From Chlamydiales bacterium (GTDB lineage: Bacteria > Chlamydiota > Chlamydiia > Chlamydiales > JARBTQ01), in assembly GCA_029240075.1 (NCBI GenBank), contig JARBTQ010000002.1:75218-139217 (forward strand): 64,000 nucleotides of DNA, read 5' to 3'. Numbering within the stretch: position 1 is the first letter of the stretch; each line of letters begins with the position of its first letter. Positions 19,209 through 29,746 of this stretch are shown one piece after another. A model generated the notes under the pieces. That model saw only the letters and a program-made list of their open reading frames with translations. It ran no database searches and had not been told where the DNA came from. The translations under genes and the position numbers were made by a program.

Positions 19209-22200
19209 TTGGCTAAGAATTTAAAGATTAATATTAAAAATACGCAAATTGCAGAAGCTATCAATCTTAAAGGGTTGAAGGCTAAGCTTAGCAAGCCAGG
19301 AGCAGAGCAAGAAGACTCGCAAGCTGTTGTTTCACAAGAGCCTGTTATAGCAAAAGAACTTGTAAAGCAAAAAGAAGACGCTTCTAAGAGTTCTACAGCT
19401 CATGCAGGGGATGAAAATTCACAAAGAAAAATTAAAGCTAAATCAAAATCCTCTTTTGCTACTCCTGTGGCTCCTGTGGAACAGCCTATAGAGATGCAGG
19501 CTGAACCAATCAAAGATTCACCAGCTTTACAATTAGTAAAAGGTCCGACTCTTATGCCTAGTATAGGAGAGTCTAAAGTACCAAAAATATCAAAAGAAAT
19601 AAAAGTACCTAAATTAGAAGAGGTTGTTAAAGAAACTACCCCTTCTGCTATAGAACAGAGTGCCGAAGTGGTCATGCCTCCTGTTGAGAAAGTTGTAGCA
19701 CAGGACTTTGTCCCCCCTACATCCGTGGTTCCTGAAAAATCACACGTCAGCAGTGAAAAGAGTAGTGTAAACGTGAAGCCCGAAGTAAAACAGGAGATCC
19801 CTGAAATTATTAAAGAAGATTTATCTGTAGCAAAAGTTACAGAGGAACGAATAGAGAAAGCGGTTGCTTCAGCAGCTCCCGCACCTGCAGCTCCAACTAT
19901 AAAATTGGGCCCAACAGGAAAGCATGTTAACGATCTACTAACAGCTCCTAAAAAAGTAACACCTCCTCCGATTGCTGCTAAAGAAAATACTGAAACTAGA
20001 AATAGTAATTTTCATAGGGATGATCAACGTACAGGAACAGCTCGAACAGAAAGACGATTTGAGCAGCGCTTTGAGAGACCTGAAAACCGAGAGCCTAGAG
20101 AAGAAAAAGGGGAGCGTTTTGAGCGATCGGAAAGGCCAGAAAGGTCTGAATTCCGTGATATGCAAAGCGATCGACCCAACAACTATCGTGATAGTCGAGG
20201 AGAAAGACCTGATTTTAGAGAACCTCGAGGCGAAAGAAATAGTGAGTTTAGACAGACTGTAGTTGATAGAGGACCAAGACCTGACAGAGGAGATAATAGG
20301 CCTGAACGCAGCTTTGCTCCTCGTGATGGACAGCAATTTCAAGGACCTCGGCCTCAAGGTCAATGGGAAGGATTCCGTGGACCTCGATCTGAAGGTCAGG
20401 GGGAAGGATTCCGTGGACCTAGGCCTCAAGGTCAAGGAGAGGGATACCGTGGGCCTCGGCCTCAGGGTCAAGGAGAGGGATACCGTGGACCTCGACCTGA
20501 AGGTCAGGGAGAAGGATTTCGAGGACCTCGACCTCAAGGAGAAGGGTTTCGTGGGCCTCGGCCTCAAGGAGAAGGGTTTCGTGGGCCTCGGCCTCAAGGT
20601 CAAGGAGAAGGGTTTCGTACTGGAGCTCCTAGACCGCCAGGTCCTGGAGGTGGATTTAACCGTAGACCCCCTGCTCCCGTTGCTCAGATCTATACTATAG
20701 AAGAGCTCGCTGAAATTGAGGAGAGAAAGAAAGCCGCCTTGCTTAAGAAAAAAGGTAAGGATGAGCAAGCTGAAGCTGAAGCAAATAGCAAAAAAGGGCT
20801 TAAGAGTAAAGACGGACGCGAAAATAAGTTTGGGGCAAAAGGTTTTGATGGACGTGATCGCCAAGGCTTACGTGGAGTTTCAAATGATGGAGACGAGTTT
20901 TCACATTGGCGTAAAAGGAAATCAAAGGATCGTAAAGCTCAAGAAGAGGAAGATACAACGATAAGACCCACTCAGCTTAAGATCCGCTTACCAATAAGTA
21001 TAAAAGATCTGGCAGCCGAGATGAAGTTAAAGGCTTCTCAGCTTTTATCTAAATTATTCCTGCAAGGGATGGTTATCACTCTTAACGACTTGCTTGATGA
21101 TGATACAGTAGTACAACTTCTAGGACAGGAATTTGGATGCGAGATTACAATTGATACCTCGGAAGAGGAGCGAATTCGTATAACCAACCAAACTATTAAG
21201 CAAGAAGTTGCTAGTTCAGCCCCAGAGCAATTAGTACCTCGGGCTCCTGTTGTAACATTTATGGGCCACGTAGACCACGGTAAGACAAGCTTGATAGATG
21301 CTATTCGCAAAAGTAATCGTGTTTCTACTGAAGCAGGGGCTATCACACAGCATATCGGAGCTTTCCGTTGTACTACCTCTGTAGGTGATATAGCTATTTT
21401 GGATACCCCCGGTCATGAAGCTTTCTCTGCTATGCGTGCTAGAGGTGCCAGTGTCACCGACATTGTAGTGCTTGTGATTTCTGGGGAAGAAGGAATGAAG
21501 CCTCAAACAATCGAAGCAATTCGGCAAGCTCGAGAAGCTCAAGCAACTATTGTTGTAGCTATTAATAAATGTGACAAACCTAATTTCAATGTAGAAACTG
21601 TATACCGTCAACTTGCTGAGCAGGAATTATTGCCTGAAGCTTGGGGAGGATCAACAATTACTGTAAATTGCTCTGCTGTTACAGGAGAAGGGATTCCTGA
21701 ATTATTAGAAATGGTTGCGCTACAGTCAGAAGTATTAGAGTTAAAAGCAAACTTGAATACTCGTGCGAGGGGAACTGTTATAGAATCAGAGATGCACAAA
21801 GGCTTAGGTGCTATTGCTAGGATCTTAGTCCAAAATGGAACACTACGCCATGGAGATGCTGTTGTTTTTGACTACCAATGGGGTAAAGTAAAAACAATGC
21901 ATGATGAATATAACAATTCGATTCAGGAAGCAGGTCCATCAACGCCTGTTGCTATTACTGGCTTGGCTGGTTTACCTAAAGCAGGTGATGAATTTGTTGT
22001 TGTTGCCAATGAAAGGGAAGCTCGTGAAATTGCGGAAGCTCGCCTTGAAGGAATGAAAGAAAAACTAGCACTACAAAAACAAGCCTTTTCTATGGAGCAT
22101 TTAATGCAACATGCATCCAATATAGAGAAGAAAGTATTCAACTTGATTTTACGTACAGACGTACAAGGCTCTTTAGATGCTCTTAAAACAGCTCTAAGCA

Positions 22201-22742
22201 AAATTAAGTCTGACAAGATTAAGTTAGAGATTATTTCTGCAGGAGTAGGGGAAGTATCTGAATCAGACGTAGAAATGGCAGCCACTTCTAAGTCTGTAAT
22301 TTTAGGTTTCCATACTCGTATAGAATCTCATGCAGAAGAGGTTATTAAAGAGCAGGGTATCCAAGTTAAGATGCACGATATCATCTATCATGCTGTAGAC
22401 GATATTATTACCTTGATGACAGATAAGCTTGATAAGATACCAGAAGAGCATGATCGTGGTTTAGTCGAAGTACGTGCAGTATTTAAATCCTCCCAAGTTG
22501 GTATTATTGCAGGTTGCTATGTAACAGAAGGATCTATTATTCGTAGCCACTCTGTAAGAGTAATACGTGATAAGGAAGTTGTCTGGAAAGGGTCGATCTC
22601 TTCACTTAAGAGAGTTAAGGAAGATGTAAGGGAAGTCCAAAAAGGATTTGAATGTGGTATAGTTCTTAATGGATTTAATGAGATTAAAGAAGGAGACCAA
22701 ATTCAATCTTATGAAGTGGTCTACCGTACGCAAACCCTCTAA
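19209..22742 (+). CDS. infB: Translation initiation factor IF-2 with an expanded repeat-containing N-terminal region (1177 aa)
   Basis: G-domain [25 protein letters not shown]-terminal IF-2 domains. TTG start 5 nt after the nusA stop. Confidence 0.95.
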   Translation: MAKNLKINIKNTQIAEAINLKGLKAKLSKPGAEQEDSQAVVSQEPVIAKELVKQKEDASKSSTAHAGDENSQRKIKAKSKSSFATPVAPVEQPIEMQAEPIKDSPALQLVKGPTLMPSIGESKVPKISKEIKVPKLEEVVKETTPSAIEQSAEVVMPPVEKVVAQDFVPPTSVVPEKSHVSSEKSSVNVKPEVKQEIPEIIKEDLSVAKVTEERIEKAVASAAPAPAAPTIKLGPTGKHVNDLLTAPKKVTPPPIAAKENTETRNSNFHRDDQRTGTARTERRFEQRFERPENREPREEKGERFERSERPERSEFRDMQSDRPNNYRDSRGERPDFREPRGERNSEFRQTVVDRGPRPDRGDNRPERSFAPRDGQQFQGPRPQGQWEGFRGPRSEGQGEGFRGPRPQGQGEGYRGPRPQGQGEGYRGPRPEGQGEGFRGPRPQGEGFRGPRPQGEGFRGPRPQGQGEGFRTGAPRPPGPGGGFNRRPPAPVAQIYTIEELAEIEERKKAALLKKKGKDEQAEAEANSKKGLKSKDGRENKFGAKGFDGRDRQGLRGVSNDGDEFSHWRKRKSKDRKAQEEEDTTIRPTQLKIRLPISIKDLAAEMKLKASQLLSKLFLQGMVITLNDLLDDDTVVQLLGQEFGCEITIDTSEEERIRITNQTIKQEVASSAPEQLVPRAPVVTFMGHVDHGKTSLIDAIRKSNRVSTEAGAITQHIGAFRCTTSVGDIAILDTPGHEAFSAMRARGASVTDIVVLVISGEEGMKPQTIEAIRQAREAQATIVVAINKCDKPNFNVETVYRQLAEQELLPEAWGGSTITVNCSAVTGEGIPELLEMVALQSEVLELKANLNTRARGTVIESEMHKGLGAIARILVQNGTLRHGDAVVFDYQWGKVKTMHDEYNNSIQEAGPSTPVAITGLAGLPKAGDEFVVVANEREAREIAEARLEGMKEKLALQKQAFSMEHLMQHASNIEKKVFNLILRTDVQGSLDALKTALSKIKSDKIKLEIISAGVGEVSESDVEMAATSKSVILGFHTRIESHAEEVIKEQGIQVKMHDIIYHAVDDIITLMTDKLDKIPEEHDRGLVEVRAVFKSSQVGIIAGCYVTEGSIIRSHSVRVIRDKEVVWKGSISSLKRVKEDVREVQKGFECGIVLNGFNEIKEGDQIQSYEVVYRTQTL
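20343..20618 (+). repeat. In-frame tandem repeat inside infB: eight units of 36 or 30 nt encoding [12 protein letters not shown]-type peptides
   Basis: Units read directly: [36 protein letters not shown] (x2), [22 protein letters not shown] (x2), [12 protein letters not shown]. Preceded by an R/E/P-rich low-complexity tract. Confidence 0.9.
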
Positions 22743-22767
22743 TTCTTCTTTTAATAATACATCTCTG

Positions 22768-22795
22768 CGAAACGAGTTTTGAAAGAGATCTATTA
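22768..22795. repeat. Partial copy of the dispersed repeat just downstream of infB
   Basis: cgaaacgagttttgaaagagatctatta matches the 5' part of the 64-nt repeat, including the agagatctat core. A second aagagatct follows at about 22807. Confidence 0.5.
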
Positions 22796-22838
22796 AGTTT
22801 CAAAAAAGAGATCTGAAAGTAAATTACTTATCCATGAT

Positions 22839-22880
22839 AATACGCTATGTTTGTCAAAGACGACATAGCGTGTTATTTTC
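22839..22880 (+). terminator. Hairpin plus T-tract between infB and rbfA (terminator/attenuator or processing site)
   Basis: 12-bp stem aatacgctatgt / acatagcgtgtt (one G-U pair), 12-nt loop, followed by attttc. Confidence 0.5.
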
Positions 22881-22923
22881 TAATCCTTTTTATAAAATAT
22901 ATTTCTAAAAATAGGAGCGATTT

Positions 22924-23289
22924 ATGAAACCAGAACGTACAGATCGATTAAATTCATTATTAGTCGAAGTAATCTCTGAAGTTATTCGCAAAGAGGTTCG
23001 AAATCCCCACGTTCATGTCCTTTATACAGTTATGAGCGTTAATATTTCGCGGGATTTACAACATGCAACTGTTTATGTGAGTGTAATGGGAACAGATCAG
23101 GAAAAAGCAGAAACAATACAAGCTTTGCAGTCTGCAGCAGGATTTATAGCAGTACAAGCATCTAAAAAAGTTACTATGCGTTATTTTCCTAATCTCTTGT
23201 TTAAGTTGGATAACTCTGTAGACAAGCAAATTCGTATTCACGACATTTTGACAGAGCTAGAAACGGAGCGTAACTCACGCAATGTATAA
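22924..23289 (+). CDS. rbfA: Ribosome-binding factor A
   Basis: 121 aa. R..R....L.E.IS..I pattern at the N-terminus and conserved position between infB and truB. Confidence 0.85.
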   Translation: MKPERTDRLNSLLVEVISEVIRKEVRNPHVHVLYTVMSVNISRDLQHATVYVSVMGTDQEKAETIQALQSAAGFIAVQASKKVTMRYFPNLLFKLDNSVDKQIRIHDILTELETERNSRNV

Positions 23290-23959
23290 AGGAATTTTAC
23301 CTGTAAATAAACCTAAAGGGATCACATCTTTTAAATTGATCCCTGTCTTAAGGAAGCTTTGCAATGAAAAAACTGTTGGACATGCAGGGACCTTAGACCC
23401 TTTTGCAACAGGGGTTCTCATTCTTTTGATTGGTCGTGAATATACTAAACTGTCAGATAAACTATTAACCCAAGATAAAGCTTATAAAGCGCGCTTATTA
23501 TTAGGTATTAGTACTGATACTTTTGATTGTGAAGGACAAGTCGTAGCAAAAAATGAGCTAGTACCCACATTATCTCAGATAGAAGAGACTCTCAGCTGTT
23601 TTCAAGGAGAGGTTGAGCAAATTCCCCCTATGTTTTCAGCTAAAAAAATAGGGGGCAAAAAACTTTATGACCTAGCCCGTCAAGGCGTCGTTGTAGAAAG
23701 GCAAGCAGTTAAAGTTAATATGAAAACACAATTTATTTCTTACAATTACCCTTATATTGACATTGAAGTTAAATGCTCTAAAGGTACCTACATTCGGTCA
23801 ATTGCGGATGATATGGGGAAAATGTTGGGTTGTGGTGCTCATCTTATAGCTTTGGAGCGGACTCACAGTGGTTCTTTTAGTTTAGAACAGTGCTTGGATG
23901 GCGAGCTTTTATTAGATCGTTCCTCAAATATTGATCTTAACTTATGGCTACAAAAATAG
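23282..23959 (+). CDS. truB: tRNA pseudouridine(55) synthase
   Basis: GHAGTLDPFATGVL catalytic-Asp motif. 225 aa. Overlaps the rbfA stop by 8 nt. Confidence 0.9.
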   Translation: MYKGILPVNKPKGITSFKLIPVLRKLCNEKTVGHAGTLDPFATGVLILLIGREYTKLSDKLLTQDKAYKARLLLGISTDTFDCEGQVVAKNELVPTLSQIEETLSCFQGEVEQIPPMFSAKKIGGKKLYDLARQGVVVERQAVKVNMKTQFISYNYPYIDIEVKCSKGTYIRSIADDMGKMLGCGAHLIALERTHSGSFSLEQCLDGELLLDRSSNIDLNLWLQK

Positions 23960-24212
23960 ATCTTTTTTGAATCCCTCTCTCGATGAGATGGGGTTCATAA
24001 TTCTTAAATTTTTCTAAGTATAAAGCTAGTTTTTAATTAGCATTAAATACGTTTATGTCAAAAATCTTAAAGTTTTTTACTTTTTTCATAGAGGATTTTC
24101 CTTGTTTGACATACCGAGAATTGGATTTAATACTATATTTTGTTACTATGCTCTTTTTGCACTTTGCAATATTACCTTACCAATATTTTACAACCCATAA
24201 GAAGTTTATAGT

Positions 24213-26600
24213 ATGGACAGAAGAACTATTCTTTTTGTAGTCTCTTTGTCTCTCGTTTTGATGCTTATTAACGGTTATTTTGACCGCCAAAGGCAAAATG
24301 AGATACGTCACCGAAGAGAACAACAGGTACAAACCGAGCTTTTAGCACAGCAAAAGCTTCAAGAGTCAATCCAACGACGAACCGTATCGATTGCTCAAAT
24401 CCCTTTATTTGAGGTTTATGCAGATCCTGAAGCACAACAACGTCTGGGTGTTGTCGTAAAAAGTGGACGTCTTTTTTTTACAGCAGAAGCTCCTGTTCAG
24501 TCCCAACAAAAAATATACATCAAGCAAAAAGATGGAACTCTGACAGAAGTTGTTCGAACTAAACAAGCTGAAAAATGGGATAATTTAGTAGGAATCTATA
24601 GTTCTAATGCTGACTACAAATTACCAAAAGTTGCTAGCCTAACTTCTGTTGGATTATTTGATCTCCATCTAGTCTCATTTCCTGAAGCTACTGACATGAA
24701 CCAAAGTGTTTCACTAGCTGAATACCGAGATGGAAAATTTCAGCTATTAGGCCCTCAGTTGAATGCTGATGCTATTGCTTTCCTTCAAGTTAACGGGGAA
24801 TTTTTACCGGTAGGTTTATACCAAATTAAAGAGCAAACATTTAGGCTATTTCCTCAGGTTTTAAAAGGGGGTAATGGTAATATAAGTGCGTTTGATAGGC
24901 CTGAAGAGTACTACGTTTTAGAAAACGATTATGTGCAGTTAGTTTTTTCAAATAAGGGTGGAGCTTTGACAGAAGTCAATTTGCCCCTTATGGATAAAAA
25001 AAACAAAAACAGCCTTGTTAGGGAAATTGAATTTGATCGTAAAATTGCACAACAGTCTCCATCAAATGCTCAATTTCCTTTGTATCCAGCACAAAGAGGA
25101 GAACAACTCAAGATAGAAGGGGAATCAACAGGACAATATTATCCCTTGTTGCGTCGAGATCTTAAAACTGCCCAAGGAAACGTCAACCGAATTTCTGCTC
25201 GTTATTACGGTTTAAATATTGTTTCCAAATATCCTGAAGTAGCAGAGCTCAGTTATCATGTGAAATCATTTGATAAAAGTCACATCACTTTTGAGGCCGT
25301 TCAACCCTATCGTAGAATTACTAAGACGTTTATTTTAAATGATCAACAACAGAATGCCCCCTATTGCTTTGAAGTGAAGATTAAAGTGGAAGGGGATAGC
25401 CGTAATTTATGGTTAACCTCGGGGGTTCCTGAAGTGGAATGGATGACAGGCGCTCCATCACCAGTTTTAAAATATAGAGCCTCTATTGGTAGAAAAAGTG
25501 AAGTTCGTAAGATTGACCTTCCTAATCAAGATATAGAATCATCATCATTCCAGCCAGATTGGATTTGTAATTCAAACGGATTCTTAGGATTAATCATAGA
25601 TCCTTTAACAAAGAATGCACCCGGTTATAAAGTGGAATATGTTCCAGGAGAACATGCAGCGAGTCGATTAACTCTACTGGAGTCTCAGTATTCACAATTT
25701 AATATGAAAGGTTTACCTGGTTACAATGTGATGCTTCCTTTACAGCCTGATCATTCCGGTGAATTACATTTCCGCGTGTATGCAGGCCCTTTGGCAGAAG
25801 AACCACTTAAGGCAGCTGATGCTTTTTTTAAAGATCCCAAAACAGGGGAAAGCCATTCATATATTAGTACTCAAGAATATCATGGTTGGTTTGCGTTTTT
25901 GACTTACCCAATAGCAAAAGTTCTTTTCTTTTTAATGAAAGGATTTCACTATTTGACTCACTCTTGGGCCATTTCAATTATCTTATTGACTTTAGTGCTC
26001 AGAGTCGTCTTATATCCTCTGAATACTTGGTCAATGCGCTCTATGCAAAAAATGAAATTCATTTCGCCTAAAATTGCAGAGATTCAAGAGCGTTATAAAA
26101 AGGATCCGCAAAAAGCGCAAATGGAAGTGATCCAACTTTACCGTAAGGAAAAGGTAAATCCTTTTGGCGGATGCCTCCCTATTTTAATCCAGATGCCTTT
26201 TTTGTTTAGCATGTTTGACTTGCTTAAGTCCTCGTTTGAATTACGAGGGGCTGGGTTTATTCCGGGCTGGATCGATAATCTTACAGCTCCTGATGTGTTG
26301 TTTGAATGGGGAACTCCTCTTATTTTCTTTGGCTCACAATTTCATCTATTGCCTTTTATGTTAGGGGGAGTAATGTGGTTACAGCAAAAAATGTCTTCAG
26401 CACTTCCTACTACAGGTGGTTCTGAGCAGCAGAGACAACAACAAGCTGTTATGAGTCTCATGACTATTGTATTTACTTTTATGTTCTATAATTTCCCTTC
26501 AGGTTTAAATATCTATTGGCTATCGTCTATGCTTCTTGGAATAGCGCAACAGTGGTGGATTAAACGAAAAATGGAAGGGCAACCAGTTGTTATTATCTAA
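24213..26600 (+). CDS. yidC: Membrane protein insertase YidC (long periplasmic domain form)
   Basis: 795 aa. N-terminal TM, large periplasmic domain, C-terminal 60-kDa-IMP core (SPKIAEIQERYKKDPQKAQMEVIQLYRKEKVNPFGGCLPILIQMPF). Confidence 0.9.
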   Translation: MDRRTILFVVSLSLVLMLINGYFDRQRQNEIRHRREQQVQTELLAQQKLQESIQRRTVSIAQIPLFEVYADPEAQQRLGVVVKSGRLFFTAEAPVQSQQKIYIKQKDGTLTEVVRTKQAEKWDNLVGIYSSNADYKLPKVASLTSVGLFDLHLVSFPEATDMNQSVSLAEYRDGKFQLLGPQLNADAIAFLQVNGEFLPVGLYQIKEQTFRLFPQVLKGGNGNISAFDRPEEYYVLENDYVQLVFSNKGGALTEVNLPLMDKKNKNSLVREIEFDRKIAQQSPSNAQFPLYPAQRGEQLKIEGESTGQYYPLLRRDLKTAQGNVNRISARYYGLNIVSKYPEVAELSYHVKSFDKSHITFEAVQPYRRITKTFILNDQQQNAPYCFEVKIKVEGDSRNLWLTSGVPEVEWMTGAPSPVLKYRASIGRKSEVRKIDLPNQDIESSSFQPDWICNSNGFLGLIIDPLTKNAPGYKVEYVPGEHAASRLTLLESQYSQFNMKGLPGYNVMLPLQPDHSGELHFRVYAGPLAEEPLKAADAFFKDPKTGESHSYISTQEYHGWFAFLTYPIAKVLFFLMKGFHYLTHSWAISIILLTLVLRVVLYPLNTWSMRSMQKMKFISPKIAEIQERYKKDPQKAQMEVIQLYRKEKVNPFGGCLPILIQMPFLFSMFDLLKSSFELRGAGFIPGWIDNLTAPDVLFEWGTPLIFFGSQFHLLPFMLGGVMWLQQKMSSALPTTGGSEQQRQQQAVMSLMTIVFTFMFYNFPSGLNIYWLSSMLLGIAQQWWIKRKMEGQPVVII

Positions 26601-26675
26601 ACATTATTTAGTTTTCCTATGTTCGCATAGGAGAATTAAGTGAACACAAAGATTTTAAATCTGTCTTTTCTTTTT

Positions 26676-26702
26676 AAGATAAGGGGAATTCCCCCTTATC
26701 TT
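26676..26702 (+). terminator. Strong hairpin downstream of yidC (terminator-like, weak T-tract)
   Basis: 11-bp perfect stem aagataagggg / ccccttatctt with loop aattc, followed by catatttcc. Confidence 0.45.
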
Positions 26703-26836
26703 CATATTTCCATATTATCATAATTTGCTTAATGTAGCTTTATAATTAAAAATTAATTTAATTATGATTGAATAGTTTTTATTGAAATTTAAACTGATTA
26801 ATTATAATTGTTATTTAATTATTTGGTGAGGTGGAT

Positions 26837-28567
26837 ATGGGATCTGAATTAAATAGTGTTGGTCTAGGTCAATTAAGCAGTATTAATCATGTTAATCAAT
26901 TTCAAATTGATAATAGTGATAGTTCTCCAAGCTTATCTATAAATCATTCAGTTTTGCAGACTAGAAATCCTAAATCTGATCCTGAAAAAATATTTCAGTC
27001 AATTGTAACTGATTGTAAATCAGCAATAAATCAAATTGATAGACAAACTCAGTCATTAAAAGGATCGCAAGAAAGCGAAGCTAAAGGCCAACCTAATGCT
27101 CTATTTGAGAAATTAATTTCTACAGCAGATGTTAGTGGAAAATACGTGGCTCCAGTTATAAGTTTGACATCAGGTACAATAAGCAATGCCCCAGAATTTC
27201 TTCGTAAAGAGCTTTTTATGGGGAGTATGTATCTTATGCAAGGGGGACTAAGTGTTTTTTCCTTGCTTGCTAATGGAGCAAAGATTGGGAGCAATATCCA
27301 TCAGTTTATCAAGTTAACACAACAAATTAATAAACTTACAAAAGAGTTTAAAGCGCAACCGACTAACGATAAGTTTATGGAAAAAATTGACTTTTTAAAT
27401 CAACAAAAGGAAGAGATTAGAAAGCAAGCTAAAGCTAACATAATTTCTGCAGCTAATAGTGCGATTAGCTCTTTTGCAGGAACAATCAAAGGGGTAGCTA
27501 AGTTTACAGGAAAAATTGCAGTTCATGGGACTAATATTGTACCCATTATTGGTCTGGCTGCAAATGCAGCAACAGTAGGTTTCAATGCGCATAAACTAAT
27601 CAAAGCTTCACAAGCTTTAAGCAAAGCAGAGGATGAGATTATTGCTCTTGAGAATCAAGCAGACTTACTTAATTCTTCTGCGATAAGGGGATCTAATACC
27701 GAAGATGGGAACACGGGGCAGGCTTTGGTAGAAAATAGTCTACCGTCTGCTTACTATATTCAAAAATTATATAATTTACGTATAAAAGCTCTAAATAAAC
27801 AGAAAAAAGATCTATTTGTAGAAAAAGTAAGGAGTGGCCTCTCCTTTGCCTCATCTATAGTAGGATTAGGCTCTGCAAGTCTTTACTTAGCAACTGCGGC
27901 AGGAATTGCTGTTAGTGCGACTGGGATCGGGGCTTTAGCATTAGCGGGTATTAGTTTTGGGATAGGTATTGGTTATCTTATCTATAAAAATCGACGAAAA
28001 ATTCAAGCAAGGTTCAATCAGGTCAAACAATATGCGTATAACACTCAAAGTAAGACAAGCTTACAAGCTTCCTTTCTCGCAGAAAAAACTTTATTAAAAT
28101 TAGACTACCAGTTACGAAAAAATACGATTATCCTGCGTTCTATTCTTCGCCAGGTTCCAATAGGAAAAAGTCAGATGTTTGCGACAGAGCTCAAAATATT
28201 ACAAAGAGATTACAGACAGAAAGAAAAAGATTTAAGAGGGGTGATACAGGAGAGGTTAGAAAGTTTAAATCAGAGAAAAGCTTATACTAATAAAATACCT
28301 GAAGGTCTGGTAGAAAAACAGCAATCTCATAATAGATATGCACATCAAAAAGAAGATTTAGAGCAATTTAGCACAAGCTTTATAAGTTTTCTAAGAAAAG
28401 AGCAGGATAAAACAAATTCTAGCGAAGAAGTGCATAGAGAGCCAAGACTATTTGATATTGTCGTTCAACTTGGTTTGGATCCTATCACTTTAACTTCTGA
28501 ACAGCTATTTAGTTATATCAGAAGTGCGCCTAAAAAATATGATTTTATGAGTCTTGGAGCTGTGTAG
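26837..28567 (+). CDS. Putative inclusion-membrane (Inc-like) / type III secreted membrane protein
   Basis: About 50-aa bilobed hydrophobic segment GLSFASSIVGLGSASLYLATAAGIAVSATGIGALALAGISFGIGIGYLIY. Further glycine-zipper-like hydrophobic stretches. Polar N-terminus with no signal peptide. Coiled-coil C-terminal part. ggtgagg SD precedes the ATG at 26837. Confidence 0.55.
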   Translation: MGSELNSVGLGQLSSINHVNQFQIDNSDSSPSLSINHSVLQTRNPKSDPEKIFQSIVTDCKSAINQIDRQTQSLKGSQESEAKGQPNALFEKLISTADVSGKYVAPVISLTSGTISNAPEFLRKELFMGSMYLMQGGLSVFSLLANGAKIGSNIHQFIKLTQQINKLTKEFKAQPTNDKFMEKIDFLNQQKEEIRKQAKANIISAANSAISSFAGTIKGVAKFTGKIAVHGTNIVPIIGLAANAATVGFNAHKLIKASQALSKAEDEIIALENQADLLNSSAIRGSNTEDGNTGQALVENSLPSAYYIQKLYNLRIKALNKQKKDLFVEKVRSGLSFASSIVGLGSASLYLATAAGIAVSATGIGALALAGISFGIGIGYLIYKNRRKIQARFNQVKQYAYNTQSKTSLQASFLAEKTLLKLDYQLRKNTIILRSILRQVPIGKSQMFATELKILQRDYRQKEKDLRGVIQERLESLNQRKAYTNKIPEGLVEKQQSHNRYAHQKEDLEQFSTSFISFLRKEQDKTNSSEEVHREPRLFDIVVQLGLDPITLTSEQLFSYIRSAPKKYDFMSLGAV

Positions 28568-28720
28568 AGTGAGAAGCTGTTAGGTAGAGGAAAGGACAAA
28601 TTTAAGTTCTCTATCAAGAGATCCTTTTTATAGATAGTTTGCTTGAAAAGGTTACATAACCAGGTAACATCAGATAGCTACAAAATAATCAAATTAATCA
28701 TGGAGAAAGAGGAAACTAAA

Positions 28721-29290
28721 ATGACTAAAATTTCATTACACTCTCTAGAAGAAATGTTTCAAACAGAAAACTTTGATTGTTTCATCACAGAAGAGATAGA
28801 AGAAAGTGGAAAAAAAGGGGAAAAACGTCTTTCTATTCCTATCGGAACGGATAGTAAGGAGCGGCCACTTTTTTTAGAAATCAAAATAACTCAGGAATAT
28901 CCTAGTGAGACTTTACCTAAGGATGATCTATTAGCTCACGAACAACTTCATGCGGTTAAAAATTATTATTTCTTGCACTTCTTTGTGATGCTCCCTTTTG
29001 ATGTCAAAGGTGATGCCTTAGGAGATACAGCTCGCCTCCTGCTTCTACTAAATAAATCACTTGATTTGCCAGGATTTGATATGAGTGAAGTCAACCAGGT
29101 TGTTTTTTACCGTTACACTTGGGCTTCCCCTTCGTTGGAAGTAGACAAATTATTTCTTTTGTCAATAGTGGGCATGATTATGCTAATTATAGATAGTTTA
29201 AGTTATACAATTGAAAAGGTTGCAAGTGGGGAAGCCTCTCTGATGCAAATTGTAGAACAGGCACAAGCAGAAGTGAAGCAACAAAACTGA
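28721..29290 (+). CDS. Putative type III secretion chaperone-like protein (CesT/YbjN-like pattern)
   Basis: Small acidic protein. TARLLLLLNKSLDLPGFDMSEVNQVVFYRYTW resembles the core pattern of class I T3S chaperones. Lies directly downstream of the Inc-like gene. ATG at 28721 with an agagga SD is preferred to the upstream TTG at 28643. Confidence 0.4.
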   Translation: MTKISLHSLEEMFQTENFDCFITEEIEESGKKGEKRLSIPIGTDSKERPLFLEIKITQEYPSETLPKDDLLAHEQLHAVKNYYFLHFFVMLPFDVKGDALGDTARLLLLLNKSLDLPGFDMSEVNQVVFYRYTWASPSLEVDKLFLLSIVGMIMLIIDSLSYTIEKVASGEASLMQIVEQAQAEVKQQN

Positions 29291-29746
29291 TTTTTAGCTT
29301 TAAATATATTTTTCTAGTTTATCTAGTTGCCTAGCTTGACTTCCACTCTGAAATAGGGTTTAGGAAGCGCCTCTTTCAAGAATTTGAATAGGTTGGTAAC
29401 TATGTATCTTAGGGGGCTTCTCTTTGAGCTCAATCCTTTGTACTTGCCGCATTTGCACAGCTAAAAGCTGCAAACAGGGGCTATGCAATTCACTACGAAA
29501 AAGAGAGGTTTCTCAGAAAATAGTTTTACTTTGCCTTAATTCCCCTCCTACATAAAAAATTCTTTAATCATGTTTGAATTTGAACAAAATAGATAAAAAT
29601 GGCATCCTATCTTAGGGGTTATTCTGAGCCATTGGATCTCTTACATAATTTTCTGTGGTTACTTTGTTAAATTTCTGTAACAAGGGTTTTTTAAGAGATC
29701 TAATTGGCTGATTTAAGATTATTTTATCGCGATAAGGAGATTTAAA

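Noticed and set aside
19938-20864. 308-aa minus-strand ORF, plus several plus-strand and minus-strand ORFs (19972-20262, 20263-20700, 20716-20964) overlapping the infB repeat region
   Set aside because: These are shadow ORFs created by the low-complexity, repeat-rich DNA. The infB frame runs continuously into an unmistakable IF-2 G-domain, so these are not independent genes.
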